Below, one piece after another: positions 18,294 to 27,516 of a stretch of 43,162 bases of DNA. Made by a program: the position numbers and the translations under genes. Under the pieces are notes generated by a model. That model was not told where the DNA came from. It worked only from the letters and a program-made list of their open reading frames with translations, and made no database searches. The number at the start of each line of letters is the position of its first letter. Positions within the stretch are counted from its first letter, which is position 1. Source of the stretch: Candidatus Aenigmatarchaeota archaeon (GTDB taxonomy: Archaea > Aenigmatarchaeota > Aenigmatarchaeia > GW2011-AR5 > JAHLMP01); NCBI GenBank assembly GCA_039000375.1, contig JAWBTS010000001.1, forward strand, positions 1 to 43,162, in the 5' to 3' direction.

Positions 18294-20180
18294 ATGAAAA
18301 TACTTTTGATACATGCAGACTTCATAGAATATGAAGCAAAAGAAAAGGCAATTGAGCAAGCAGAAAAATTGGAAAAAAGTTTTGAAAAAGTTGACGAATG
18401 TTTAGTTGTTTTTATTGCTGTAGAAAAATATGATGAAAAAAATGTTGATCAGGTTGTAGAAAATTTGTTTGAAGAGATAGATAAAGTAGCATCTCAGCTT
18501 GGTGTTAAGAGAATAGTTTTATATCCTTATGCTCATCTAAGCAGCGAGTTGGCTTCCTCAGAAATTGCGATAAAAATCTTAAAAAGCGCAGAAGATAAAC
18601 TAAGAGAAAAATATGAAGTTTTTCGGGCTCCTTTCGGATGGTATAAAAGCTTTCAAATAAAGTGTAAAGGGCATCCTCTCTCAGAACTTTCTAGAGAAAT
18701 TAGAGTAGAGGAGGTTTCAGAAGCACTTAAAAAAGAAGAGAAATTAAAATCAGAGTGGTATATAATAGAGCCAAATGGAAATTTACACAAAATAGAATTA
18801 AAAGACGGAGAAATAGTTGGATTTGATTTCAGCTCTTACAAGAGGTTAGAAAAGTTTTCTAGATACGAGATGGCAAAATCAAGAAAAGTTGTCGAAGAAC
18901 CACCACACATAAAGCTTATGAGAAGATTGGAGCTTGTAGATTATGAACCAGCAAGCGATCCAGGAAATTTAAGATATTTACCAAAAGGAAGGTTAATTAA
19001 GTCTTTGATAGAAGATTATGTAACTATAAAAACAAAAGAGTATGGAGCAATGGAAGTAGAAACACCTATAATGTATGATTATGAACATCCGGCATTAAAA
19101 GATTATTTGAATAGATTTCCAGCAAGACAATATAAAATCCAAACACCAAATAAAAAGGTTTTCTTAAGATTTGCCGCATGCTTTGGTCAATTTCTTTTAG
19201 CGAAAGATATGATACTTTCCTATAAGAATTTGCCAATGAAATTATACGAACTTACTAAATATAGTTTTAGAGTAGAACAGAGGGGAGAGCTTGCTGGTTT
19301 AAGAAGATTAAGAACTTTTACAATGCCAGATTGTCACGCTTTTTGCAGAGATATGGAAGAAGCAAAAGAGGAAATTAAAAAGAGATTTGATCTTGCAATT
19401 AATCTCCAAGAAAAATTTGAAATAGGAAAAGAATATCTTGAACTTGCTATAAGAGTTACTAAAGATTTTTTTGAGAATAATAAAGATTTTATCAAAAGCT
19501 TTGTAGAATTTTGGGGAAAACCAGCACTTCTAGAGATTTGGGAAAAACAATTTTTCTATTTCGTCTTTAAATATGAGTTAAATTTTGTAGATGCATTAGA
19601 CAAAGCAGCAGCATTAACAACAGATCAGATTGATGTAGAAAACGCTAAAAGATATGGAATTCAGTTCATAGATTCAGATGGAAGTAAGAAGTATCCTATA
19701 ATATTACACTTATCTCCTAGTGGAGCAGTTGAACGTGTTATTTATGCTATTCTCGAAAAGGCTTATATGGAAAAAAGAGAGAATAAGTTACCGACAATAC
19801 CACTTTGGCTAGCGCCAACTCAAGTAAGAATTTGCTGTGTAAGCAATAATTTCGTAAAAGATGCTGAAATTTTGGCTAATGAACTTGAAAAAAATAAAAT
19901 AAGGGTAGATATAGACGATAGAGATTTAACAATAGCGAAAAAGATAAGAGAGGCAGAAATGGAATGGACGCCTATAATAATAGTTTTTGGTGAGAAAGAA
20001 AGAAAAGAATTCCCAAATAGGTTATCAGTAAGAATAAGAACCAAAGAGGGAGATGTTATAAAAGATATGTCCTTAGAAGAAATTATTAAATATATAAAAG
20101 AGAGGACAGAAGAATTTCCTTTCAAACAATTACCTCTAGATAAATTCTTGTCAAAAAGACCAATATTTTACTCAAAGTGA
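18294..20180 (+). CDS. thrS: Threonyl-tRNA synthetase with archaea-specific N-terminal editing domain
   Basis: MKILLIHADFIEYEAKEKA (archaeal editing-domain start), class II catalytic core (FRVEQRGELAGLRRLRTFTMPDCH), and a C-terminal anticodon-binding domain. Confidence 0.92.
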   Translation: MKILLIHADFIEYEAKEKAIEQAEKLEKSFEKVDECLVVFIAVEKYDEKNVDQVVENLFEEIDKVASQLGVKRIVLYPYAHLSSELASSEIAIKILKSAEDKLREKYEVFRAPFGWYKSFQIKCKGHPLSELSREIRVEEVSEALKKEEKLKSEWYIIEPNGNLHKIELKDGEIVGFDFSSYKRLEKFSRYEMAKSRKVVEEPPHIKLMRRLELVDYEPASDPGNLRYLPKGRLIKSLIEDYVTIKTKEYGAMEVETPIMYDYEHPALKDYLNRFPARQYKIQTPNKKVFLRFAACFGQFLLAKDMILSYKNLPMKLYELTKYSFRVEQRGELAGLRRLRTFTMPDCHAFCRDMEEAKEEIKKRFDLAINLQEKFEIGKEYLELAIRVTKDFFENNKDFIKSFVEFWGKPALLEIWEKQFFYFVFKYELNFVDALDKAAALTTDQIDVENAKRYGIQFIDSDGSKKYPIILHLSPSGAVERVIYAILEKAYMEKRENKLPTIPLWLAPTQVRICCVSNNFVKDAEILANELEKNKIRVDIDDRDLTIAKKIREAEMEWTPIIIVFGEKERKEFPNRLSVRIRTKEGDVIKDMSLEEIIKYIKERTEEFPFKQLPLDKFLSKRPIFYSK

Positions 20181-20197
20181 ATATATTGGAGAAAATT

Positions 20198-20515
20198 ATG
20201 GAAAAGATAGAAATAAGAAAAATAAATAAATCAGACATAGATGAAATTTTGTCTTTAGAAGCCAGATTTCCACCAAAATCAAGAGAGATGATGACAAAAG
20301 AAAAGATAGAGGAAATGTTATCAAAAAATCCAGAAGCATGTTTAATAGCAGAAGAAAACCATAAAATAGTAGGAGCTATTTTCGGAGAACCGAAAAGAGA
20401 AGGATGTAAAATAGTCTCTCTCATAATAGATTTAGATAAAATTGGCGAAGATATTTCTTCAAAACTGATAAAAGAATTGTTGGATAGAACAAAATCAAAA
20501 AACATTATAAAATGA
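20198..20515 (+). CDS. Short GNAT-like acetyltransferase-related protein (degenerate motif A)
   Basis: IEIRKINKSDIDEILSLE...CLIAEENHKIVGAIFG resembles a GNAT N-terminal half. The Q/RxxGxG/A motif is not intact and the protein is only about 105 aa. The alternative GTG at 20177 overlaps the thrS stop. Confidence 0.35.
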   Translation: MEKIEIRKINKSDIDEILSLEARFPPKSREMMTKEKIEEMLSKNPEACLIAEENHKIVGAIFGEPKREGCKIVSLIIDLDKIGEDISSKLIKELLDRTKSKNIIK

Positions 20516-20523
20516 ACTAGTTT

Positions 20524-21492
20524 TTATACTTTGTACTGATATCTAAATTCTTCCTCTTCCTTTCTTATTTTTTCTTTTATTTTCTTTACTATTTGTTTCA
20601 TTTTAATTTTTATTATAAACCATATAGAAAATCTTCTTCTAAAGGAATATCTATAAGGTACTTTTCTCATCCTTTTCTCATATATATAATAAACAATCAG
20701 AATTATAATTAAAATAAAGATCGGCGCAACAAAGAATAGGATTCCTATTTCCAATGAAAAACTATCGGCAAATACTATAGTTTCGAATTCATTAATTATA
20801 TCCTTTTTGACTCTCTTATTAACAGAAAGTATAATTGAAATCTCCTTTCCTTTCTCAACAGAAGATGAGAAAAACAAAATCTTTGGATCATCTTCCAATA
20901 TTCTTATTCTTTCGTTTGTTATTATACCAATCTCTTTAGCTGTGTTTGCAAAACCTTTTGGAATAAATTGATAAATTATAAGATTGTTTATTTTTTTACT
21001 ACCATTATACGAAATTGTAATGGTTAAATTTGTGTTATTTTCTATATAAAGCTCATATCTAATACTAATATTATCTATTATTTTTTCTGTCGTTTTTTTA
21101 GCTTTATTTTCATCAAACTTTGAAAATTTCTTTAAATATTCTTTAATTTCATCTATTACTTTATTTGTTTTATTTAGATCTAGTACAACATTTCTCAATT
21201 CTACTTCACGAAGAAGAATAGTCGTCGTAGTTGTAGTAGTTATAGTCGTAGTTGTAGTAGTTATTGTAGTAGTTGTCGTTGTTTTAGGAATAGTTGTTGT
21301 GGTATTTGTTTCTTCCGGAATTGTCGTAGTTGTTGTTACGGTCATTCCATAAAGACCGGTAACAATATGCTTCGAAGCATTTGTAAAGTTCATATTAATG
21401 CTCAAATTTCCTATGACCTCGCAGAAGGCCGAATTAACGAATGCAACTAAAAAAACTATAAAATATATTTTAAAAAGATATTTTGCTTTCAT
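20524..21492 (-). CDS. Secreted, C-terminally membrane-anchored Thr-rich (mucin-like) surface protein
   Basis: Signal-like N-terminus, a 41-residue tract that is almost pure Thr, a globular region with sequons, a C-terminal TM helix (ILFFVAPIFILIIILIVYYIY) and a basic tail. Confidence 0.6.
   Translation of the reverse strand: MKAKYLFKIYFIVFLVAFVNSAFCEVIGNLSINMNFTNASKHIVTGLYGMTVTTTTTIPEETNTTTTIPKTTTTTTITTTTTTITTTTTTTILLREVELRNVVLDLNKTNKVIDEIKEYLKKFSKFDENKAKKTTEKIIDNISIRYELYIENNTNLTITISYNGSKKINNLIIYQFIPKGFANTAKEIGIITNERIRILEDDPKILFFSSSVEKGKEISIILSVNKRVKKDIINEFETIVFADSFSLEIGILFFVAPIFILIIILIVYYIYEKRMRKVPYRYSFRRRFSIWFIIKIKMKQIVKKIKEKIRKEEEEFRYQYKV
21220..21342 (-). repeat. Low-complexity poly-threonine coding tract
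   Basis: Imperfect tandem ACN codon repeats encoding TVTTTTTIPEETNTTTTIPKTTTTTTITTTTTTITTTTTTT. Confidence 0.8.
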
Positions 21493-21516
21493 CTTCTAAA
21501 AACACCGTTCTAATAC

Positions 21517-22902
21517 TTATCCAATGAAAGGAATAGACCTAAATAGCATACTATAAGTTGTCCACCAATCACTTGCAATAGGAGTTCCTTTAGGGATTAT
21601 CATTTTTAATATTAAAGTATAATTTCTATTTTCTGTTAGATTTAACCTTATACCTCTATTTATGTTATATTCATTTGTTACGTTAAAGGCATTACTCTCA
21701 TTTCCACTAAGCCACATGCTTGCATAGTATGTAGCGTTATCTCCCGTTCCATTAGTTATTGGTATAATTGCGTTCTTGCTGTCAGATCTCCAATCATTCA
21801 TTTTGAACTGCAAAAGTCCAGAAGCATTTGCATTTCCTATTATTGTAAAGTTGAATAACCAATAGTCGCTTCCATTAACTATTGCTATGTTTTTCATTAC
21901 TCCGATATTTGTAATATTAAATAATTGCCTTATAAATAGCGTTGTTTCGCTTCCATTAACATCTGTAGAAACATCGCTCAAATTATCTCCATATATTTTA
22001 GAGTTAAAAGTAAAATTGCCTTCATCTTTTGTAGTATTCAAAGAAATATTTATAATAGAGAGTTTTATTCCTGCTTGTGACGTTATATTTATCTTGCAAA
22101 TATCGCTGCAATTTAAGTTACAAAGGTCTGTGCAAGAAGAGAATGTAGCGGTTGTATTATCACTTTTAGTTATCACAAATTTAATATTGCTAGGAACTAT
22201 TGAAAAGTTTGATGGAACCTCTAAAATTATACTTCTTATATCATCTTTTCCACTAGAATTTATTATATAAACTATTTCTTGCTCTTTAACATTTGTATCT
22301 ACATATCTTGGTAATAGCTTTGCACTTGCATGTAAGTCTTGAATTTGAGTAAAATTAGAAGAGAAATATCGAGAAGTTTGGTTATATATCTGTCCATTCA
22401 AAAAAGAGATTGTAATATTTGTGGCATTTGTTATCAAAGAATCATTTGTTAAAAATAAAGAAACATTTATAGGAGTAATCACACTTCTATTTATTTCATA
22501 AACTATTAGAATTGTTTTATTTTCATTATTAGAAATTGTGAAATTAGAAATCGTGACATTGGTTCTATTAATATCGTTGCTAACATTCCACCTAGAGCTA
22601 CAGCCAAGTTTTTGAGATTCGTTTATAGTTGAGTTATAAATGCAAACAACGAGATTAGTTATGCTTGCATTCAAAGTTTCGTTTGTAGAGTTAAAATTAA
22701 TTATTATATTCGTTATCTTAATAGTTTCATTACTAGTTTCATTTCTACTTAAAGTCAAATTGAGCATTGTAATGTTGCCTCCAGTATTGACATAAGGCGG
22801 AAGATCAACTCTATTACTTGTCACGTTTAAATTAGCACCATAGCTTATTCTATAAAGGACGAGTGAAATTAAAATAAAAATTAATATTGTTTTGATTTTC
22901 AT
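21517..22902 (-). CDS. Secreted protein extremely rich in N-glycosylation sequons (candidate surface/S-layer-like glycoprotein)
   Basis: Signal peptide MKIKTILIFILISLVLYRISYGA. About 42 N-X-S/T sequons in 461 aa by hand count. Beta-rich composition with no recognised family motif. Confidence 0.65.
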   Translation of the reverse strand: MKIKTILIFILISLVLYRISYGANLNVTSNRVDLPPYVNTGGNITMLNLTLSRNETSNETIKITNIIINFNSTNETLNASITNLVVCIYNSTINESQKLGCSSRWNVSNDINRTNVTISNFTISNNENKTILIVYEINRSVITPINVSLFLTNDSLITNATNITISFLNGQIYNQTSRYFSSNFTQIQDLHASAKLLPRYVDTNVKEQEIVYIINSSGKDDIRSIILEVPSNFSIVPSNIKFVITKSDNTTATFSSCTDLCNLNCSDICKINITSQAGIKLSIINISLNTTKDEGNFTFNSKIYGDNLSDVSTDVNGSETTLFIRQLFNITNIGVMKNIAIVNGSDYWLFNFTIIGNANASGLLQFKMNDWRSDSKNAIIPITNGTGDNATYYASMWLSGNESNAFNVTNEYNINRGIRLNLTENRNYTLILKMIIPKGTPIASDWWTTYSMLFRSIPFIG

Positions 22903-23049
22903 GAATATAACTTTAGATAAAATATTTATTTAAGCATTTATTTTATTTGACAATGAGGCTTAGACCAACTTTATATAGATATTTACTATAATTTTCAACC
23001 CCTACTTGCTTTTATATTCCACAAGTGAGGGAATTAAAATCCTTTCACA

Positions 23050-23149
23050 TGCCCCCGGTGAGATTCTCTCTTTTACATATCGAATAGTTTCGAACTCACG
23101 ACCCCCAGCTTAGGAGGCTGGTGCTCTATCCAAACTGAGCTACGGGGGC
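23050..23149 (-). tRNA. tRNA-Arg (CCU) with a T-loop intron
   Basis: GCCCCCG-UA-GCUC-AGUUUGGAUA-GAGC-A-CCAGC-CUCCUAA-GCUGG-GGGUC-GUGAG...CUCAC-CGGGGGC-A. 100 nt = 75 mature + 25. No encoded CCA. Confidence 0.88.
23064..23088 (-). other. 25-nt T-loop (59/60) intron of tRNA-Arg
   Basis: UUCGAA-ACUAUUCGAUAUGUAAAAGAGAGAA-U. UUCG pairs with AGAG (3 of 4 including G-U), with bulges AA|A and AA|U. Removal restores UUCGAAU. Confidence 0.7.
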
Positions 23150-23251
23150 TTTCTAATTTTTTGCTGTCTTAATTTCTTTTGTAGCTACAAAGTTTAAAAA
23201 ATCCGTATTCATATATAGTTTATAAAAAATATAATGATGAAGATGATCTGA

Positions 23252-23992
23252 ATGGAGTTGTTTTTTATAATTTTTAGCACTCTTATAGTGAGTTTAATCT
23301 CTTTAGTTGGTATTTTCTTCATTTTATTAAAGGAAAAAACAATGAATAGGGTCTTATTGTTTTTTATTTCTTTATCTGCAGGAGCTCTTTTATCAGGAGC
23401 TTTCTTTCATCTTCTACCAGAAGCGATACACGAAGAAAACGGCAAATTAATGGAAATATTTTTTTACTTTGTTTTTGGCTACATTTTATTTCTATTTTTA
23501 GAAAAGATTATAAAATGGAGACACTGCCACGATTATAAATGCAAAATTCATTCTTTTGGATATATGAACTTAATTGGAGATATTTTACACAATTTCATCG
23601 ATGGCGTTGTTATAGCTTCTTCTTTTCTCGTTAATTCGAATTTTGGTTTTCTTACAACTTTTTTAATTATATTACATGAAATACCGCAGGAATTAGGAGA
23701 TTTTGGCGTTCTTATTTATTCTGGTTTTGAAGTGAAAAGAGCAATATTTTTGAACTTTCTCACAGCATTCACCTGTATTTTAGGCGGAGTTGCTGGTTAT
23801 TATTTTCTCGGAATATTTATATCTTTCATTCCAATTTTTCTTTCTATAGCTGCAGGTGGTTTTCTTTATATTTCTTCCTCTGATCTGATTCCAATAATCA
23901 GAGAAAAAACTAAAATAAAGGATTTCATAAATAATTTTTTGATATTTATTTTCGGAATAATCTTAATATATCTATTAGGGATTTTAGAGTGA
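23252..23992 (+). CDS. ZIP-family divalent metal transporter (ZupT-like)
   Basis: Polytopic protein with the signature helices HNFIDGVVIASSF and LHEIPQELGDFGVL. Confidence 0.8.
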   Translation: MELFFIIFSTLIVSLISLVGIFFILLKEKTMNRVLLFFISLSAGALLSGAFFHLLPEAIHEENGKLMEIFFYFVFGYILFLFLEKIIKWRHCHDYKCKIHSFGYMNLIGDILHNFIDGVVIASSFLVNSNFGFLTTFLIILHEIPQELGDFGVLIYSGFEVKRAIFLNFLTAFTCILGGVAGYYFLGIFISFIPIFLSIAAGGFLYISSSDLIPIIREKTKIKDFINNFLIFIFGIILIYLLGILE

Positions 23993-24003
23993 AACACCTT
24001 ATC

Positions 24004-24693
24004 TTACTCAAATCCATATTTTCCTTTAAGCTCAACAAAGATGCAACCACCTAAATCTTTGAAAGAGTTTTTCTTCTTATCATATAAAATAAGTCTTTGA
24101 GAAAACCTCTTTCCAATAGGGGCAATAAGTTTTCCATCATCTTTTAATTGTTCAATTAATGGTGGAGGTATTTTTGGGCAAGCAGCAGTGATTATGCATC
24201 TATCGTAAGGGGCTTCTTTCTCATAACCAAGTCCACCATCCCCGTGGATTATTTCTACATTTTTTATATTCAACTTATTCAAATTTTCTTTAGCAAAATC
24301 AACAAGCTCCTTTTCTATTTCAATAGTAAAAACCTTTCCAGGATAAACTATACTTCCTATTAGTGCAGCATTCCAACCGCTTCCTGCGCCAACCTCGAGA
24401 ACTTTTTGATTTTTTTGTAAATCCAAATTTTCTAACATTATCGCAACTATACTTGGCTGCGAAATAGTTTGACCCTTTAATGTTGGGAGAGGAGTATCTA
24501 CATAAGCATAAGATTTATCTTTCAAAAATAGGTGTCGAGGAACATTTAAGAAAGCTTTTCTAACTTTCTCACTCTTTATTGCTCCGATGTTTGTCAAATA
24601 ATCTACAAAAATTTTGTTCTTTTCGTATAGTTTTTTGTCATTATTTGTAATTATCTCTTTTCTATCACTATTGTTCAAAAAATTCGATGTCAT
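24004..24693 (-). CDS. pcm: Protein-L-isoaspartate O-methyltransferase
   Basis: GQTISQPSIVAIMLENLDL, SAM motif KVLEVGAGSGWNAALI, and LIAPIG near the C-terminus. Confidence 0.88.
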   Translation of the reverse strand: MTSNFLNNSDRKEIITNNDKKLYEKNKIFVDYLTNIGAIKSEKVRKAFLNVPRHLFLKDKSYAYVDTPLPTLKGQTISQPSIVAIMLENLDLQKNQKVLEVGAGSGWNAALIGSIVYPGKVFTIEIEKELVDFAKENLNKLNIKNVEIIHGDGGLGYEKEAPYDRCIITAACPKIPPPLIEQLKDDGKLIAPIGKRFSQRLILYDKKKNSFKDLGGCIFVELKGKYGFE

Positions 24694-24694
24694 A

Positions 24695-27421
24695 CTAATT
24701 ATATTTTATAATTATTTTTCCTCCACATTTGCAAAGTCCATTAAGAGGTATAACTTTATAAATTTTATTGCATTTTTCACATATAAAATTTTCCAAACCT
24801 TCTAATATATTTATTTTCGGGACGCTATCAACTAAGCTTTTTGGACAATCACCTTCTTTACTTTCATGATTTTCTTCTCTATTTTTTACCTTTTCTTCGT
24901 TTTTTTCAGATTTTGAGAATATCAGATCTTTTATTGTGCTTTGTGTCGCACTTTGAATTAATTCTCCCTTTGAAACTCCAATTACTTTTAATATTCTTTC
25001 TATTGGCGGAAGGATTTGACTTGTAATATAATAATTCGAGTCAATTGGAAGGTTATGTTCTTTCGCATACTCTAAACTTTCTGCTCTTTTTGATAACATT
25101 CCGGTACCCGCAACTATGACGAAACTTATTCTATCTCCTATTCTTGGAGGATTTTCAGGATGCCTTTCCATCATTTTCTTCGCAACTTCTATGTGCGGTA
25201 GAACACCTTTATAAGATGAAGGAGGTTTTGTCAAACCTTTAACTATTGCTAACTTTTCTAAAGGTATTTCATTTTTTCTCAATTTTTGTATTATCATTTT
25301 AACATAATTAACCACTTCATTTATGTCATCTTTCTTAAGAACGAGTTCGATAACTTTACCTGTAACCTCTTCAACAAGCTCGCACCAATCGCGGCGAACA
25401 GTTTCTATACCTTTCATATCAATATAATCTTTCCATTCGCTATCACTAGGTTCAAAAGCCCAGCCGGCATACCTCTTTTTTGTAAGTATTATAAAGCTCT
25501 TGTATATCTTTTCAAATTTCAATTCTAAACATCCTGGCAAAATCTCTGTAACAAACTTAGAAACCTCTTCTCCGACTTTTTTCGCTTCTTCTAGGTCAGT
25601 AATATCCGTTTCTAGGAATACTGAATCTGTATCTGCATAGATCACTTTGTACGGGAAGTTACTCTCAATTATATTTTTTGTTTTTGCCAAGTTTTCTCTC
25701 CCGATTGCCGTTATAGCGTTTGCGATATCAAGCATATATAATCTTGCCATTAAAAATCCAGTATATCCATAGAAGCTATTAGCCATAGTTTTTATTGCAA
25801 GCTGCATGTAATCTAGAATCTTCTTTCTTTCACCTTTAGCATTTTTCAACTCTTTTTTTATTTCTTTTCTTTTTTTCATCAATCCTTCTAATATAGATGG
25901 CATAACTCCATGATATATAGAAGCATCAACAAACTTTGCTTTTGTCGGAGTTTCAATAATCTTTTTCGGAGATTCTTTTTCATCTAGTATGATTGTGTCA
26001 GGAGAAATGTTATAGGTTTGTATTATGCTAGGATATAGAGATGTAAAATCAAGAACAAGAATACATCTATTTTTGTACAGACCTTTTTTTGGTTCGAGAA
26101 CCGTAGCTCCTATTAGTCCATACTTTTCTCTTTCTAAAGTTCTTCTATGGATTTCCTCTTTTGATGGCTTGCAAGGCATTAATAAGTTTCTTTTCTTAAA
26201 TTCATGAAGCATTCTTATTTCAACTCTTATGGCTTGACCACCAAATGTATCTTGAAGTAATAGCCCAGAAATCTTTGATAGTTCAAAGAATTTTTCTATA
26301 AGACCCTTTTCCAAAACCAATTTTAAAGCTAATTCCGCATCTTTTTTAGAATATAGTATAAACTTTTTCAGTTTTTCTTCATCTCCATTCCAATACTTTT
26401 CCATTTCTTTATATTTTATTTCAATTTTCTCCTCTCCAAGAAGTTCTTTCGCAACAGTATTTAGATCATATCTCTTAAATCTCATCCAAGGATCTTTTCT
26501 TATTATTTGGTAAGGATCGAATACAATTCTTCCAGGGATGTCACATTCTTCTACACCACCAAACTTTCTTATCACCGCAGGCTTTAGTGAGCATCTTCCT
26601 ATATTTTGTGGAAGTTTATTAATCTTCAATCTTTCTATAATGAAAGGAAGGTCAAAATTGTTTATGTTATAGCCCACTATTATATCCGGATCGTACTCAT
26701 CTATTATTTCCAAAAACTTTTTTAGCATTTCTTCTTCATTTTCAAAATTCATAATGTTTACTTCGCTATTAGGTCTTACATTCTTTGTCAATAACACGAC
26801 AGAGTCTTTTCCTTTCATTGGCGGATTGAAGACAAGGGAAATCATTATTATCGGACATTCCTTAGGTTCAAGAGGTTTTGAATAATCTTTTGGAAGAACC
26901 TCGATATCAATTGCAAGATACTTAAGTTTACAATTTTCTTCTTTTTCAATTAAATTTATTTTATCGCCAATTATTTTATACGAAGGTACCTTTACCGTAG
27001 TTGTAGGCGAACTTGTAGCTTCTACTTCTATCCATCTCATACCCATTATTCCAAAGTCTACCATAAATCTATATTTAAAAAGTATATCAGCTTCGTAAAC
27101 CTTTTTTACAAATGGCTGTTGTTCTAACATGTCTCTTAACTTACTAACTTCTCCAGGTGATGATAGAGTAATCTTTAGCACATCTATTGGTTCTTTGTGA
27201 TAGCCAATAGCTTCAAATTTTTTTTCCTTTTCTATTTTTACAACGTTTTCCTTCTCACCTAAGAATTCTTTTATTTTTTCTTCATCTCCAGCCACATAGA
27301 AATAAGGCAAGAAGCCTTCATAAAATAAGCAAACTGCCTCATTCTTTTCATTTTTTCCAAATATTCTTATAATAGGCTTATTATTTTGTATATAATCGCA
27401 GTCAAGAACTTGTACAATCAT
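24695..27421 (-). CDS. polB: Family B DNA polymerase with C-terminal Cys4 ribbon extension
   Basis: Exo motifs LAIDIEV, YNINNFDLPFI and YSKKDAEL. Pol motifs DFTSLYPSII, KTMANSFYGYTG and YADTDSVF. At 908 aa its length argues against an intein. The last ~73 aa are an extra charged linker plus CEKC-x13-CKC. Confidence 0.95.
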   Translation of the reverse strand: MIVQVLDCDYIQNNKPIIRIFGKNEKNEAVCLFYEGFLPYFYVAGDEEKIKEFLGEKENVVKIEKEKKFEAIGYHKEPIDVLKITLSSPGEVSKLRDMLEQQPFVKKVYEADILFKYRFMVDFGIMGMRWIEVEATSSPTTTVKVPSYKIIGDKINLIEKEENCKLKYLAIDIEVLPKDYSKPLEPKECPIIMISLVFNPPMKGKDSVVLLTKNVRPNSEVNIMNFENEEEMLKKFLEIIDEYDPDIIVGYNINNFDLPFIIERLKINKLPQNIGRCSLKPAVIRKFGGVEECDIPGRIVFDPYQIIRKDPWMRFKRYDLNTVAKELLGEEKIEIKYKEMEKYWNGDEEKLKKFILYSKKDAELALKLVLEKGLIEKFFELSKISGLLLQDTFGGQAIRVEIRMLHEFKKRNLLMPCKPSKEEIHRRTLEREKYGLIGATVLEPKKGLYKNRCILVLDFTSLYPSIIQTYNISPDTIILDEKESPKKIIETPTKAKFVDASIYHGVMPSILEGLMKKRKEIKKELKNAKGERKKILDYMQLAIKTMANSFYGYTGFLMARLYMLDIANAITAIGRENLAKTKNIIESNFPYKVIYADTDSVFLETDITDLEEAKKVGEEVSKFVTEILPGCLELKFEKIYKSFIILTKKRYAGWAFEPSDSEWKDYIDMKGIETVRRDWCELVEEVTGKVIELVLKKDDINEVVNYVKMIIQKLRKNEIPLEKLAIVKGLTKPPSSYKGVLPHIEVAKKMMERHPENPPRIGDRISFVIVAGTGMLSKRAESLEYAKEHNLPIDSNYYITSQILPPIERILKVIGVSKGELIQSATQSTIKDLIFSKSEKNEEKVKNREENHESKEGDCPKSLVDSVPKINILEGLENFICEKCNKIYKVIPLNGLCKCGGKIIIKYN

Positions 27422-27516
27422 ACAAAGGTTATTTTATCTCTTAATATTTAATTATTTTTTATTCTCGTTTTCAAACCACTAAAAAATAAAACACTTCTTG
27501 AGCAAGAAATTAATTT

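Noticed and set aside
19820-20505. Minus-strand ORFs 19820-20125 and 20122-20505
   Set aside because: They are antisense to the thrS 3' end and to the GNAT-like ORF. The translations are Ser/Ile/Phe-rich with no start context or motif.
23233-23251. C/D-box-like pair AAUGAUGA ... CUGA immediately upstream of the ZIP transporter ATG
   Set aside because: Only 7 nt separate the boxes, which is too short for a guide region. There are no C'/D' boxes and no terminal stem. It is most likely a chance match in AT-rich DNA, although a bare k-turn cannot be excluded.
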